Below are positions 45,246-54,780 of a stretch of 64,000 nucleotides of DNA, piece by piece. The notes beneath the pieces are model-generated. The model searched no databases. It saw only the letters and a list, made by a program, of their open reading frames with translations, and had not been told where the DNA came from. The stretch lies in contig JAFTPU010000013.1 of NCBI GenBank assembly GCA_017463105.1, positions 25,769 through 89,768 on the forward strand, read 5' to 3'. Numbering within the stretch: the first letter of the stretch is position 1; every line of letters begins with the position of its first letter. A program made the translations under genes and the position numbers. The stretch is from Clostridia bacterium. Lineage in GTDB: Bacteria > Bacillota > Clostridia > Christensenellales > Borkfalkiaceae.

Positions 45246-46240
45246 AAGAAACTTCGATAAAGAAAAGGGAAAAGAAGAAAGTAGAAGAAAGCGCCCTTTT
45301 GCGAGGCATGAAAGAGGTCGCCAAGGGCAAGACCTGTACGACGATCAAACGGCATTGGGGCTTGTATCTGATGCTATTGCCCGCTTTTGTATTGGTCGCG
45401 ATATTTTGTTATGCGCCGATGTTCGGTATCGTAATAGCCTTTGAGGATTTTACTTTGGCAAAGGGGATATTCGAAAGCGAGTTTGTCGGAATGAAAAACT
45501 TCAAACAGATCTTTTTTGCCGATACGTTGGGTACTTATAGGGTGTTCCGCAATACGATCTACATATCCATTATCCGTATTGCCACGAACTTCCCCGTGAT
45601 CCTTCTTTTTACGTTGCTTGTCAACGAGATCGGGAACAGAAAGGCGAAATCGCTTGTACAGACTATTTCCTATATCCCGCACTTCGTTTCTTGGATCGCG
45701 GTTGGCGGTATGGCGTACAACCTTCTTTCGGTGGACGGCGGTTTGCTTAATCAAATTCTCGGCTGGTTTGGCGTAGAACCTATCGTTTGGTATTCAGAGA
45801 ATGATTATTGGTGGGCGATACTTGCCATTTCCTCCCTTTGGAAGGGCATGGGTTGGGCGACGCTGATTTATATCTCCGCACTTGGCTCTATTGATGCCGA
45901 ACTCTACGACGCGTGCGAGATTGACGGCGGCGGGCGGATACGTAAAGCGCTTAGCGTCACATTACCCGGACTTATGAACGTCATTGCCTTACAGTTGATC
46001 CTCGACGTCGGCTCGATTATGGGCGACAACTATATACAGATCATGGCAATGACCAACAGCTCGCAATCGCTGAGCGAAAGCACTTCGGTAGTCGGTTCGC
46101 TCACGTTCAAAGCGTTGACGGGCGCAGGCGGTTATTCCAAAGCGTCGGCGTACGGGCTGATTCAGAGCGTTATCGGTATGGGATTGGTATTGCTCACCAA
46201 TCGGATAATCAGTAAAACGGATAGCGAGGGGGTATTATGA
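45242..46240 (+). CDS. carbohydrate ABC transporter permease (MalF/LplB-like)
   Basis: 332 aa, 6 TM, with an EAA-loop-like region (SALGSIDAELYDACEIDGG). Confidence 0.85.
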   Translation: MKETSIKKREKKKVEESALLRGMKEVAKGKTCTTIKRHWGLYLMLLPAFVLVAIFCYAPMFGIVIAFEDFTLAKGIFESEFVGMKNFKQIFFADTLGTYRVFRNTIYISIIRIATNFPVILLFTLLVNEIGNRKAKSLVQTISYIPHFVSWIAVGGMAYNLLSVDGGLLNQILGWFGVEPIVWYSENDYWWAILAISSLWKGMGWATLIYISALGSIDAELYDACEIDGGGRIRKALSVTLPGLMNVIALQLILDVGSIMGDNYIQIMAMTNSSQSLSESTSVVGSLTFKALTGAGGYSKASAYGLIQSVIGMGLVLLTNRIISKTDSEGVL

Positions 46241-46950
46241 AAAGTTCGGGTAAAAGAAACAGACGCATATTCAACATTTTCAACGGCACTATCATGGTCG
46301 TATTGATGTTGATTTTCATATTACCTTTCTGGATGATCGTTTCGGCTTCGCTTACGAATAATTCCATCCTTCGCGCCGAGGGTATGTCGTTCCTTATCAA
46401 GGGGTTTACCTTCGAGGCGTACTCTTTCCTGTTCTCGATGAGCGATCTGTTCGTACGCTCTATCTTCCTAACTTTGTTTATCTCGTCGGTAACGGCATTC
46501 CTGTCTGTTGTCGTTTGTTTTCTCGCTTCGTTTGCGCTTTGCAGAAAGCAACTTGTCGGGCGAAAATTCTTCAATATCTATCTATTGATTCCTATGTATT
46601 TCGGCGGCGGGATGATTCCGACGTACCTCATTATTCGCGGGATTGGTATTTACGACACCATATGGGCGCATATTCTTCCCGGACTTACGTCTATGTATTT
46701 CATTATGTTGCTCCGTAATTATTTTTACGGACTTCCCGCCTCGTTGGAAGAGGCTGCAAGATTGGACGGCGCGGGGGATTTTTCGGTGCTTTTCCATATC
46801 TTTTTACCGCTTTCAATGCCTATGCTTGTCACGCTGTTTTTGATGTCTTTCGTGGGAAAATGGAACGACTGGATGACGTCACTTTTGTACTTCGGGGCAA
46901 CCAACCAGAAATATTGGACGATCCAATACGTTTTGCAACAGATCATTATG
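46237..46950 (+). pseudogene. carbohydrate ABC transporter permease (MalG/LplC-like), 3'-truncated
   Basis: Permease homology, including the EAA loop LEEAARLDGAG, runs to about ...YWTIQYVLQQIIM. The ORF then reads into unrelated sequence. Confidence 0.65.
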
Positions 46951-47252
46951 GATACGATATGCGATACGTGTGCCCGCAAGAATCGGGCAGTCATTACGCG
47001 AGTAAATACCTTTGCGTAAAAGGACTGTTTCAAGCGACCGCGGAAAAGCCGTTTTCGTTCTCGGTGAATCCGTATACGACAGCGCAGCTTTGCGACGAGA
47101 AACATTCTTTCGAACTGCCCGAGAACGATTTCGTTAACGTATGTCTGGACCTTGCTATGCGGGGCGTGGGTTCGCATTCCTGCGGTCCCGAGCTTGCGGA
47201 AAAATACGAGATACCGAGAACGGGAAAGAATACTTTCAAAATCGTTTTTTAA
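46941..47252 (+). pseudogene. C-terminal fragment of a GH2 beta-galactosidase (small-chain/domain-5 region)
   Basis: In a different frame: ...YVCPQESGSHY....FSFSVNPYTTAQL...H..EL......V.LDLAMRGVGSHSCGP...Y.I. This matches the LacZ-type C-terminal domain, with no upstream catalytic part. Confidence 0.65.
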
Positions 47253-47271
47253 ACGGATGGTTTTAAATAAA

Positions 47272-47306
47272 AATGCGGTTTGCTTTTTGCAAACCGCATT
47301 TTCTTG
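47272..47306 (+). terminator. intrinsic terminator after the beta-galactosidase fragment
   Basis: AATGCGGTTTGC-TTTTT-GCAAACCGCATT (12-bp stem) followed by TTTCTT. Confidence 0.85.
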
Positions 47307-47540
47307 TATACGAAATAACGCAAAACGGTATTTCGTAGAAAACCACGCGATAGTCGCGTGGTTCCGAAAAGGTTCACCGATGAGTTTTGAAATAAAAACT
47401 CCGATTGTGTACAATGAAAGTATGACTCGACAGTCAAAAATCAAATACACAATCGGAGGCTATTAAAATAAGTAACACATCTAACAACAAATAGTTTAGC
47501 GCATACGAAATGGAATTGCAGGTATCATATAGTTTTAGTG

Positions 47541-47656
47541 CCAAAAGAAAATTGTCAATGATTTTTGCGCTAAAACAAAAATTCCCCTCCCCGAAAATAG
47601 GGGAGGGAACGCGCCGTTTACTCGATATCCAATTCGGGCGGGACGTCGATCTCGTC
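47541..47656. repeat. right copy of the 116/117-bp direct repeat bracketing the accessory island
   Basis: It is identical to 33736-33852 apart from one A. It covers the RHH gene 3' end and its terminator (47582-47609). Confidence 0.9.
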
Positions 47657-47821
47657 CGATACGTATTTGCCGTTCTTTTTACGCTGACGCACACATTCCG
47701 AAAGCAGGTATTCGATTTGACCGTTCACCGAGCGGAAATCGTCCTCCGCCCATGCCGCGATCGCGTTATACAGTTTTGGCGATAAACGCAAGGGGACTTG
47801 CTTCTTTTGATTATCGTTCAT
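47618..47821 (-). CDS. Arc/ribbon-helix-helix family DNA-binding protein
   Basis: 67 aa. [31 protein letters not shown] fits the RHH beta-strand plus two helices. It lies downstream of, and is probably co-transcribed with, the SPFH gene. Confidence 0.7.
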   Translation of the reverse strand: MNDNQKKQVPLRLSPKLYNAIAAWAEDDFRSVNGQIEYLLSECVRQRKKNGKYVSDEIDVPPELDIE

Positions 47822-47906
47822 AATTTTCGCACCTGCCTCGTTTTTTCCGTCGACATTCTTTAAGAATGTCTTGCGGCGTACGCCGCATAAAAGAATTTAT
47901 CGGTTA

Positions 47907-48929
47907 TCAATACAAATTACCCGCGTTGACGACGGGTTGCGCGTCGTGATTTCCGCACAGCACCACCAAAAGGTTGGACACCATCGCCGCCTTTCTTTCC
48001 TCGTCCAGCTGCACGAGCTGATTCTCGTTCAGTCGTTCAAGCGCCATTTCGACCATGCCGACCGCGCCGTCCACGATCATTTTTCTCGCGTCGATGATCG
48101 CCGAGGCCTGTTGGCGTTGTAACATCACCGCCGCAATTTCGGGCGCGTACGCAAGGTACGTGATCCGCGCTTCGATCACCTCGATACCCGCTTCGTTTAC
48201 GCGGGTCTGTATCTCGTCGCGGATACGCGAAGCCACGACCTCGCTCGAGCCGCGCAAGCTTCCGTCGTCCTCGACTCCGTCGCCCGTCGTATCCACGCCG
48301 GGCGCAACGTCGTAGGGGTAGATACGCACGATATTTCTCAGCGCACTGTCGCATTGCAACGACAGATATTCTTTATAATTATCCACGTTGAACACCGCTT
48401 TCGCCGTGTCGACCACCCGCCACATGACCGCAATGCCGATCTCGACGGGATTTCCGAGGCAATCGTTGATCTTCTGACGGTTATTGTTCAGGGTCATGAT
48501 CTTGAGCGATATCTTTTTGCTGGGAATCTCGAGGACTGCGCCCAGCTCGTTGTTTTTCGTCGCCGTTGCTTTATGCGACACGTCGCCGCTTTGATTCAGC
48601 TTCGTCTGCGCCGCGGGATTGACCGCCACACAGAAAGGATTGATCGAATAGAAGCCCTCGCCCTTGAGCGTACCGATATATTTACCGAACAGGGTGAGTG
48701 CAAGCGCTTCCTGCGGCTTTAACACGCGCAAGCCCAAAAGCGGGATCCACGCCACGCACATCAAGAGGAGCGAAAACACGAAAAGGGTGCCGCCCAGCCA
48801 ATTCAGCCGCGGGATTTCTTCCATGATCACCGCGCCCAATACCGTGCCGACGATGGAAAGAAGCTCCACGAAAATGCTCAAAATCAGCGTACGCATGCCG
48901 TGCTTCTTATGTAACAAGATTTCTTCCAT
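47907..48929 (-). CDS. SPFH/band-7 domain membrane protein
   Basis: Two N-terminal TM helices followed by an SPFH pattern ([16 protein letters not shown]..., [28 protein letters not shown]). I moved the start to ATG 48929, preceded by GGGAGG. Confidence 0.85.
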   Translation of the reverse strand: MEEILLHKKHGMRTLILSIFVELLSIVGTVLGAVIMEEIPRLNWLGGTLFVFSLLLMCVAWIPLLGLRVLKPQEALALTLFGKYIGTLKGEGFYSINPFCVAVNPAAQTKLNQSGDVSHKATATKNNELGAVLEIPSKKISLKIMTLNNNRQKINDCLGNPVEIGIAVMWRVVDTAKAVFNVDNYKEYLSLQCDSALRNIVRIYPYDVAPGVDTTGDGVEDDGSLRGSSEVVASRIRDEIQTRVNEAGIEVIEARITYLAYAPEIAAVMLQRQQASAIIDARKMIVDGAVGMVEMALERLNENQLVQLDEERKAAMVSNLLVVLCGNHDAQPVVNAGNLY

Positions 48930-49022
48930 ATTTTTTGACCTCCCATATGGATTTGATATTAAAATGATATCATATCCGCGGGCGGTTGTCAAGAGATTTC
49001 GGAAAAATTCTTAAAAAAATTA

Positions 49023-50924
49023 TCAAATCAGCGTTTCGTACTCGGCGTAGAGCGCGTCGAGGGCGTTTTTGATCTCCTCGAGGCGGTTGCATTTTTCCGT
49101 CAAAAGGGTGAAATTGCCCGTGACCTGAGGCGTGGCGAGGTCGGCGTTGAGCTGCGTTTCCTCCGTTTCGAGCGAGGAGATCTCGTCCTCTATTTTTTTC
49201 ACGCGCGTGCGACGGCGTGCGTCGGCGGCGCGTTCTTCCTTGCTCCTATAATAGCCGTCTTTTTGTTCGGCGGGTTTGAAAACGGAGGGGGCAGGTACGC
49301 GTTGAACCGCGTTTTGCGCTTCCGCCTTCAAGGCGTTTTTATACGCCGTGTATTCGTCGTAATTGCCCGTGAAACAAGTGGCTTCGCCGTTTTCCAGCTC
49401 GAGTATCTTACCTGCGAGCGCGCGGATGAAATAACGGTCGTGTGAAACGAACAGCACCGTGCCGTCGAATTCCTTTAACGCGGCTTCGAGACTTTCCCTT
49501 GCGGACAGATCGAGATGGTTGGTCGGCTCGTCCAAAATAAGGGTGTTGGCGTTTTCGCTTTCGAACACGGCAAGCGCGAGCTTTGCCCGTTCGCCGCCCG
49601 AAAGCATGCGCACCTTTTTGTCCATATCCTCGGCGGGGAGCCCCGCTTGTGCGAGCACGGTGCGTACGCGCGTTTGGTCCCACAAAACGTGTCGTCCCCA
49701 AAGCTCGGACAAGACGGTGTTTTCGGGATCGAGGTTGGCGTTTTCCTGATCGTAGCAAGCGTACTTAACGAAGCGTCCGAATTTGACCGCTTGATTTTTA
49801 TTGCGGACGAGTTCCTTTATAAGAGTCGATTTTCCCGTGCCGTTGTCGCCGACGATCGCGCATTTTTCCCCGCGCATGAGCGTGAACGAGGCTTTGTCGA
49901 GTAGCGTTTTTTCGCCCGCCGTAAGGCGGAGGTCGGCAACTTCCAGCACCTTTTCGTACGGTTTTTCGGCATAAGAAAAGGAAAAGCGGGGCGGGGGAGC
50001 GGGAAGCGCGGGTTTTTCGATAAGCTCCATTTTTTCAAGCGCTTTCCGACGCGATTGCGCCATTTTCGTAGTGGACGCACGGACGAGATTTTTGTCGACG
50101 TACTCCTGCATGTGCGCCCGTTCTTCCCGTTGCTTTTCGTATTCTTTTAAAATATGCGCCGTCTTTTCCGCTTTCAGCGTTTTGTATTTGGTATAGTTGC
50201 CCTTGAAAACGCTCAGTTTTTTATTTTCCAGCTCGTAGATATGCGTGACGAGCCGATCGAGGAAATACCGATCGTGCGACACGGTGAGGATCGCGCCCTT
50301 GAACGAGGCGAGATATTCCTCCAACCAAAACAGCGTTTTCATATCGAGGTGATTGGTCGGCTCGTCGAGCACGAGCAGCTCGGGCTCTTCCAAAAGCAAA
50401 CGGCACAATTTCAAACGCGTTTTTTCTCCGCCCGACATCGTGGCGATACGTTGCTCGTAATTGTTTTCAAAGCCCATACCGTTTAAAACGGTGCGGATCT
50501 TCACTTCGAAATTATAGCTGTCGCGCGCCGCGATCCGCTTGTTCAGCGTTTCGTATTTGGCGGAAAGGGCGCGGTAATCGGCGGAGTTTTCGTCCGCCGT
50601 CGCGATCTTTTTTTCCACCTCGCGCAGGGCGTCGAGCGTTTTTATATCCTCGGCGAACACTTCGCGCATTTCCCCGAAAACGGTATTCTCCGAATCGTAC
50701 CCGCCGTTTTGGGCAAGGTAGCCCGTGCGCATGCCGTTCTTGATGAAAAGGGAACCGCTTTCCGCCTCCAACTCGGATAAAAGCAGTCGGATAAGAGTCG
50801 TCTTTCCCTCGCCGTTTCCGCCGATAAGCCCCACCCTGTCCCCCTCGGACAGCGTGAAGCAGATATTCTCAAGCAGGGGTTCGCCGTTGAACCCGAACGA
50901 TAAATTTTCGGTGGAAATAAGCAT
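49023..50924 (-). CDS. ABC-F family ATPase (two ABC domains, no TM domain)
   Basis: Walker A GGNGEGKTT and GDNGTGKST, signatures MSGGEKTRL and LSGGERAKL, and a C-terminal coiled-coil tail. The start is taken at ATG 50924 after GAGG; the listed TTG is at 50936. Confidence 0.9.
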   Translation of the reverse strand: MLISTENLSFGFNGEPLLENICFTLSEGDRVGLIGGNGEGKTTLIRLLLSELEAESGSLFIKNGMRTGYLAQNGGYDSENTVFGEMREVFAEDIKTLDALREVEKKIATADENSADYRALSAKYETLNKRIAARDSYNFEVKIRTVLNGMGFENNYEQRIATMSGGEKTRLKLCRLLLEEPELLVLDEPTNHLDMKTLFWLEEYLASFKGAILTVSHDRYFLDRLVTHIYELENKKLSVFKGNYTKYKTLKAEKTAHILKEYEKQREERAHMQEYVDKNLVRASTTKMAQSRRKALEKMELIEKPALPAPPPRFSFSYAEKPYEKVLEVADLRLTAGEKTLLDKASFTLMRGEKCAIVGDNGTGKSTLIKELVRNKNQAVKFGRFVKYACYDQENANLDPENTVLSELWGRHVLWDQTRVRTVLAQAGLPAEDMDKKVRMLSGGERAKLALAVFESENANTLILDEPTNHLDLSARESLEAALKEFDGTVLFVSHDRYFIRALAGKILELENGEATCFTGNYDEYTAYKNALKAEAQNAVQRVPAPSVFKPAEQKDGYYRSKEERAADARRRTRVKKIEDEISSLETEETQLNADLATPQVTGNFTLLTEKCNRLEEIKNALDALYAEYETLI

Positions 50925-51108
50925 GACCGACCTCAAAAAGTATAAGTTTTTGCGTACTACGCAAATTATAGGCGATGAAGAACGTAAAAAAAACGATGCA
51001 ACGGATACGGAAAGCGGAGGCGGAGCTCAGCTATGCTACGCCCGCCCGCGCGGCGAAGCTTGCCGGCAAGATCGTGCGGTTGAAGGCGACCGTTTTCGAC
51101 GGGCGCGA

Positions 51109-51978
51109 TTAGAAATCCCATTCGGGAATATACGCTTTACTGCCCGAACTGCGTTCCTGCAAAAAGAGATTTTCGATGCCGAGGTCGAACGCCGTCTGCG
51201 CGGCGGTCTCGTATTCCCGCGCGGTGACTTTTCGCGAAAGCTCGGGGAAATTTTCGATTTTCCCGAACGGAGTGTATTGGCTCATCAGACTTAAATACGC
51301 ACTCTTCGGCATTTCCCGCGCGAACCATTTTAACACCGATTTCGTGTCCGAAACGCATAACGGCATGACGAGATGACGTACGATCAGCCCCGACAGCATC
51401 TTGCCGTCGTCTCTCGTTTTAAGGGGCTTTTGCGACATAAACGCGATCGCTTCGCTCGCTACGTCGAAATAGTCCTCCTTGCCCAAATACCGTTTCGAAA
51501 GGGCGGGGGAATAAAATTTCATGTCGGGAAGATAGATATCGACGTACGGGTCGATACGTTTCAGCGTTTCGACTTTTTCGTACGAACCCGTGTTGTAAAC
51601 GACGGGGATCGTCGGCTTGTAGATCTCAAACGCACGTACCAAATACGGAACGAAATGCGCGGGCGTGACCAAGGATACGTTCTCCGCGCCCACGTCCTCC
51701 AGCTCCTTGAAGATATCCGCCAGCTCGGCGGGCGTGATCTCTTTGCCGCGCTCCGCGCGCGAGACCTCGTAGTTTTGGCAGAACGCGCAACGCAGATTAC
51801 AGCCCGAAAAGAAGATCGTGCCGCTGCCTTTTCGAAAGGAAATGCAGGGTTCTTCGAACGGGTGGAGGTAATATTTTGCGATACGGAGTCCCGAAACGCC
51901 GCAAGCGCCGACGCCCGTCAGACGGTTCGCGCCGCATTCGACGGGACAAAGCGTGCAGTTTTTCATAAGCTCGTCCAT
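51109..51978 (-). CDS. radical SAM protein (PflX-like activase family)
   Basis: CNLRCAFCQN CxxxCxxC motif and an N-terminal Cys-rich CTLCPVECG. The start is taken at MDELMK. Confidence 0.8.
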   Translation of the reverse strand: MDELMKNCTLCPVECGANRLTGVGACGVSGLRIAKYYLHPFEEPCISFRKGSGTIFFSGCNLRCAFCQNYEVSRAERGKEITPAELADIFKELEDVGAENVSLVTPAHFVPYLVRAFEIYKPTIPVVYNTGSYEKVETLKRIDPYVDIYLPDMKFYSPALSKRYLGKEDYFDVASEAIAFMSQKPLKTRDDGKMLSGLIVRHLVMPLCVSDTKSVLKWFAREMPKSAYLSLMSQYTPFGKIENFPELSRKVTAREYETAAQTAFDLGIENLFLQERSSGSKAYIPEWDF

Positions 51979-52040
51979 AGCTATTATTATAGCACGCCGA
52001 AAAAAATTTTGCAAGCATGTGAACGGCGTATCATAATAAC

Positions 52041-52069
52041 TTGACAAAGCCTTTTAAAAAGGGTATAAT
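52041..52069 (+). promoter_or_regulatory. consensus sigma-70 promoter of metK
   Basis: TTGACA (52041-52046), a 17-nt spacer, then TATAAT (52064-52069). A ~100-nt leader follows. Confidence 0.7.
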
Positions 52070-52174
52070 GTATATCCCGAATGAAAACCAAGGACAAGGC
52101 TTTTTGTGATAGTGGGAACTTTGTCGCAAATCCCAAGCGCGACGAAGAACTATGTTAAAAAGAGGATTTTTTAC

Positions 52175-53338
52175 ATGAAAAAGTTTTTTACCAGCGAAAG
52201 CGTCACCGAAGGACATCCCGACAAGGTCTGCGATAATATCTCCGACGGTATTTTGGACGCGATTTTGGCAAGCGACCCGCAGGCGCGGGCGGCGATCGAG
52301 TGCGCGGCGGCGTTCGATACTCTGCTGATCATGGGCGAGGTCACGACGACGGCGCAAGTGGACTATGAAAACAAGGCAAGAGAGATCATCAAAGAGATCG
52401 GTTACGATTTCGGTACCTTTGCATACGATAAATGTAGAATTATTACGGCGATCCACACGCAGTCGCCCGATATCGCAATGGGCGTAAACGCTTCTCTTGA
52501 AAAAAAGACGGAAGGCGGCGATGAAGCGGATCAGCTCGGCGCGGGCGATCAGGGTATGATGTTCGGCTATGCCTGCCGTGAAACGAAAGAGCTTATGCCC
52601 CTTACCCTTTCTCTTTCCCACCGCTTGGCGAAGCGGCTTACCGACGTGAGAAAGAACGGTCTTTTATCCTATCTCCGTCCCGACGGAAAAACGCAGGTGA
52701 CCGTCGAATACGAGGACGGCGTGGCGAAGAGAGTGGATACGGTCGTCGTTTCCACGCAACACAACGATAAGGTTTCGCAGGAACAGATCCGCAAGGATAT
52801 GAAAGAATACGTGATCGACGAGATCATTCCCGCGTCGCTTATGGACGAAAACACGAAGCTGTTTATCAACCCTACGGGCAGATTCGAGATCGGCGGACCC
52901 GAGGGCGACAGCGGACTTACGGGCAGAAAAATAATCGTCGATACCTACGGCGGAAGATGTGCGCACGGCGGCGGGGCGTTTTCGGGCAAGGACCCCACGA
53001 AAGTGGACAGAAGCGCGGCGTATTATTGTCGTTATATCGCGAAAAATCTCGTGGCGGCGGGGCTTGCGGACGAGCTTGAGATCCAAGTGGCGTACGCGAT
53101 CGGCGTGGCGAATCCCGTTTCGGTGTTCGTCGATAGCCACGGCACGGGCAAGCTCGACGACGAAACGCTTGCCGAGATCGTGAAAAAGGAATTCGATTTA
53201 AGACCGTATTCTATTATCAAGACGCTCGATCTGCGCAAACCCGTGTTTAAAAAGACGGCGGCATACGGGCATTTCGGCTACAAGGGATTTAGCTGGGAGC
53301 AGACGGATAAAGCGGAAGAATTGAAAAAGTACTTATAA
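52175..53338 (+). CDS. metK: S-adenosylmethionine synthase
   Basis: It starts [17 protein letters not shown] and has [12 protein letters not shown] and the [10 protein letters not shown]-loop. I moved the start to ATG 52175. Confidence 0.95.
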   Translation: MKKFFTSESVTEGHPDKVCDNISDGILDAILASDPQARAAIECAAAFDTLLIMGEVTTTAQVDYENKAREIIKEIGYDFGTFAYDKCRIITAIHTQSPDIAMGVNASLEKKTEGGDEADQLGAGDQGMMFGYACRETKELMPLTLSLSHRLAKRLTDVRKNGLLSYLRPDGKTQVTVEYEDGVAKRVDTVVVSTQHNDKVSQEQIRKDMKEYVIDEIIPASLMDENTKLFINPTGRFEIGGPEGDSGLTGRKIIVDTYGGRCAHGGGAFSGKDPTKVDRSAAYYCRYIAKNLVAAGLADELEIQVAYAIGVANPVSVFVDSHGTGKLDDETLAEIVKKEFDLRPYSIIKTLDLRKPVFKKTAAYGHFGYKGFSWEQTDKAEELKKYL

Positions 53339-53359
53339 AAAATCGATAACTGTAAATGG

Positions 53360-53399
53360 AAAACGGACGGTAGGGAACACCCTTGACCGTCCGTTTTTT
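53360..53399. terminator. bidirectional intrinsic terminator between metK and asnA
   Basis: AAAACGGACGGT ... ACCGTCCGTTTT forms a 12-bp stem with an inner AGGG/CCCT pairing. Confidence 0.85.
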
Positions 53400-53427
53400 G
53401 GGAGGTAAGAAAAAATAGCTTGGTTGA

Positions 53428-54441
53428 TTATAAAAGGACGATACCGTTTTCCTTGCAAATGCGCTTCGTTTCCTCGTCCCAAAGCGACACCTGCACCTCG
53501 CCGATATGCGCCTTGCCGAGGAGCAACATCGAAAGCCGCGATTGCCCGATACCGCCGCCCATCGTCAGTGGGAGTTCGCCCGCAAGCAGGGCTTTATGGA
53601 AAGGGAGCGTGCGCCGACCGTCGGCGTTCGCCTTTTTCAATTGTTCGTCCAAAGATTTTTCGTCTACGCGGATACCCATCGACGAGATCTCGAAAGCGCA
53701 GCCCAGCGTTTCGTTCCAAAACATGATATCGCCGTTGAGCGACCAATCGTCGTAGTCGGGGGCCCTGCCGTCGTGCGGTTTGCCCGATCTGAGCTTATCG
53801 CCGATCTGCATGATAAACGCCGTTTTGTGCGCTTTGAGATAGGCGTTTTCCCGTTCCTTCGAGGTCATGTTCGGATAGAGATCCTCGAGCTCCTGCGAGG
53901 TGACGAAATCGACCGTTCTTTTCAGCTCCACGTTCAGTTGCGGGTAGCGGCATTTGAGATAATCAAGGGTGTCGCAGATCGCGCCGACGATGCCCTGCAC
54001 CACCTTTTTGAGATAGTCGAGCGTGCGCGTCTCGCGCGTGATGATCTTTTCCCAATCCCATTGGTCGGTGTAGACGGAATGGAGATTGTCCATTTCCTCG
54101 TCGCGGCGGATCGCGTTCATATCCGTATACAAGCCTTCGCCCGCGGAGAAGCCGTATACGGCGAGCGCCATACGCTTCCATTTCGCAAGCGAATGTACCA
54201 CCACGGCGTCCTTGCCCGTTTCCTTGAGATCGAAGCGCACGGGTCGTTCGACGCCGTTCAGATCGTCGTTCAAGCCCGTGTCGGGATCGACGAATAAGGG
54301 CGCGGAAACGCGCTTTAAATTGAGTGCCAGACACAGCCGCTCCTCGAAGGTGCGCTTTAAAAGCCCGATCGCCGTTTGTGTATCGTATAATCCGAGCGCG
54401 GAAACGTATCCCTTCGGGACAACCACTTTACTCATCGTCAA
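53428..54441 (-). CDS. asnA: aspartate--ammonia ligase (asparagine synthetase A)
   Basis: 337 aa with full-length AsnA pattern (class-II aaRS-like: YDTQTAIGLLK, SLAKWKR, GGGIGQSRL). Confidence 0.9.
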   Translation of the reverse strand: MTMSKVVVPKGYVSALGLYDTQTAIGLLKRTFEERLCLALNLKRVSAPLFVDPDTGLNDDLNGVERPVRFDLKETGKDAVVVHSLAKWKRMALAVYGFSAGEGLYTDMNAIRRDEEMDNLHSVYTDQWDWEKIITRETRTLDYLKKVVQGIVGAICDTLDYLKCRYPQLNVELKRTVDFVTSQELEDLYPNMTSKERENAYLKAHKTAFIMQIGDKLRSGKPHDGRAPDYDDWSLNGDIMFWNETLGCAFEISSMGIRVDEKSLDEQLKKANADGRRTLPFHKALLAGELPLTMGGGIGQSRLSMLLLGKAHIGEVQVSLWDEETKRICKENGIVLL

Positions 54442-54780
54442 TACCTCGTCTTTTCCGTTTCGTATAGTTTAACATATGCAAGGCGGGCTTGTCAAGGAAA
54501 TTCGAATCGTAATTCGGGCTTTTATCGAAAAAATCAATAGCGGAACGCTTTGGCGGCGAGCAGAGTTTTTTTTGTAAAAACTCGTTGCAAAGGGGCGAAA
54601 AAAGGGTATAAAAAAGGGTAAGCGGGGGAAAAAGGAAAAAAGGGCGGGTATTTGCGGGATTTTTTCTTGCAAAAAGGCGTAAAAACGCTTTGATTTTCGG
54701 CGGAAATATTGTAAAATAGAAGTGACGGTGTAAAAGCCGCAGTAAATAGAAACGGAAAAATAAACGATCGGAGAATTCAG

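Larger units (their letters stand above)
33887..47540. other. accessory (island-like) segment bracketed by the direct repeats
   Basis: The gene content (GH78, ROK, SIS, AraC, amidohydrolase, QOR, AroD-like, SDR, DMT, orphan ABC permeases) is unrelated to the flanking housekeeping genes. Truncated genes lie at both ends, and the segment is adjacent to the tRNA-Ser hotspot. Confidence 0.65.

Noticed and set aside
52070-52174. An S-box (SAM-I) or SMK-box riboswitch in the ~100-nt metK leader, and similarly upstream of metF (10374-10415).
   Set aside because: I could not find the S-box conserved helices or kink-turn consensus, nor an anti-SD pairing with the AGAGGA RBS. The metF leader is too short. 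A cmscan run would be decisive, and I cannot run it.
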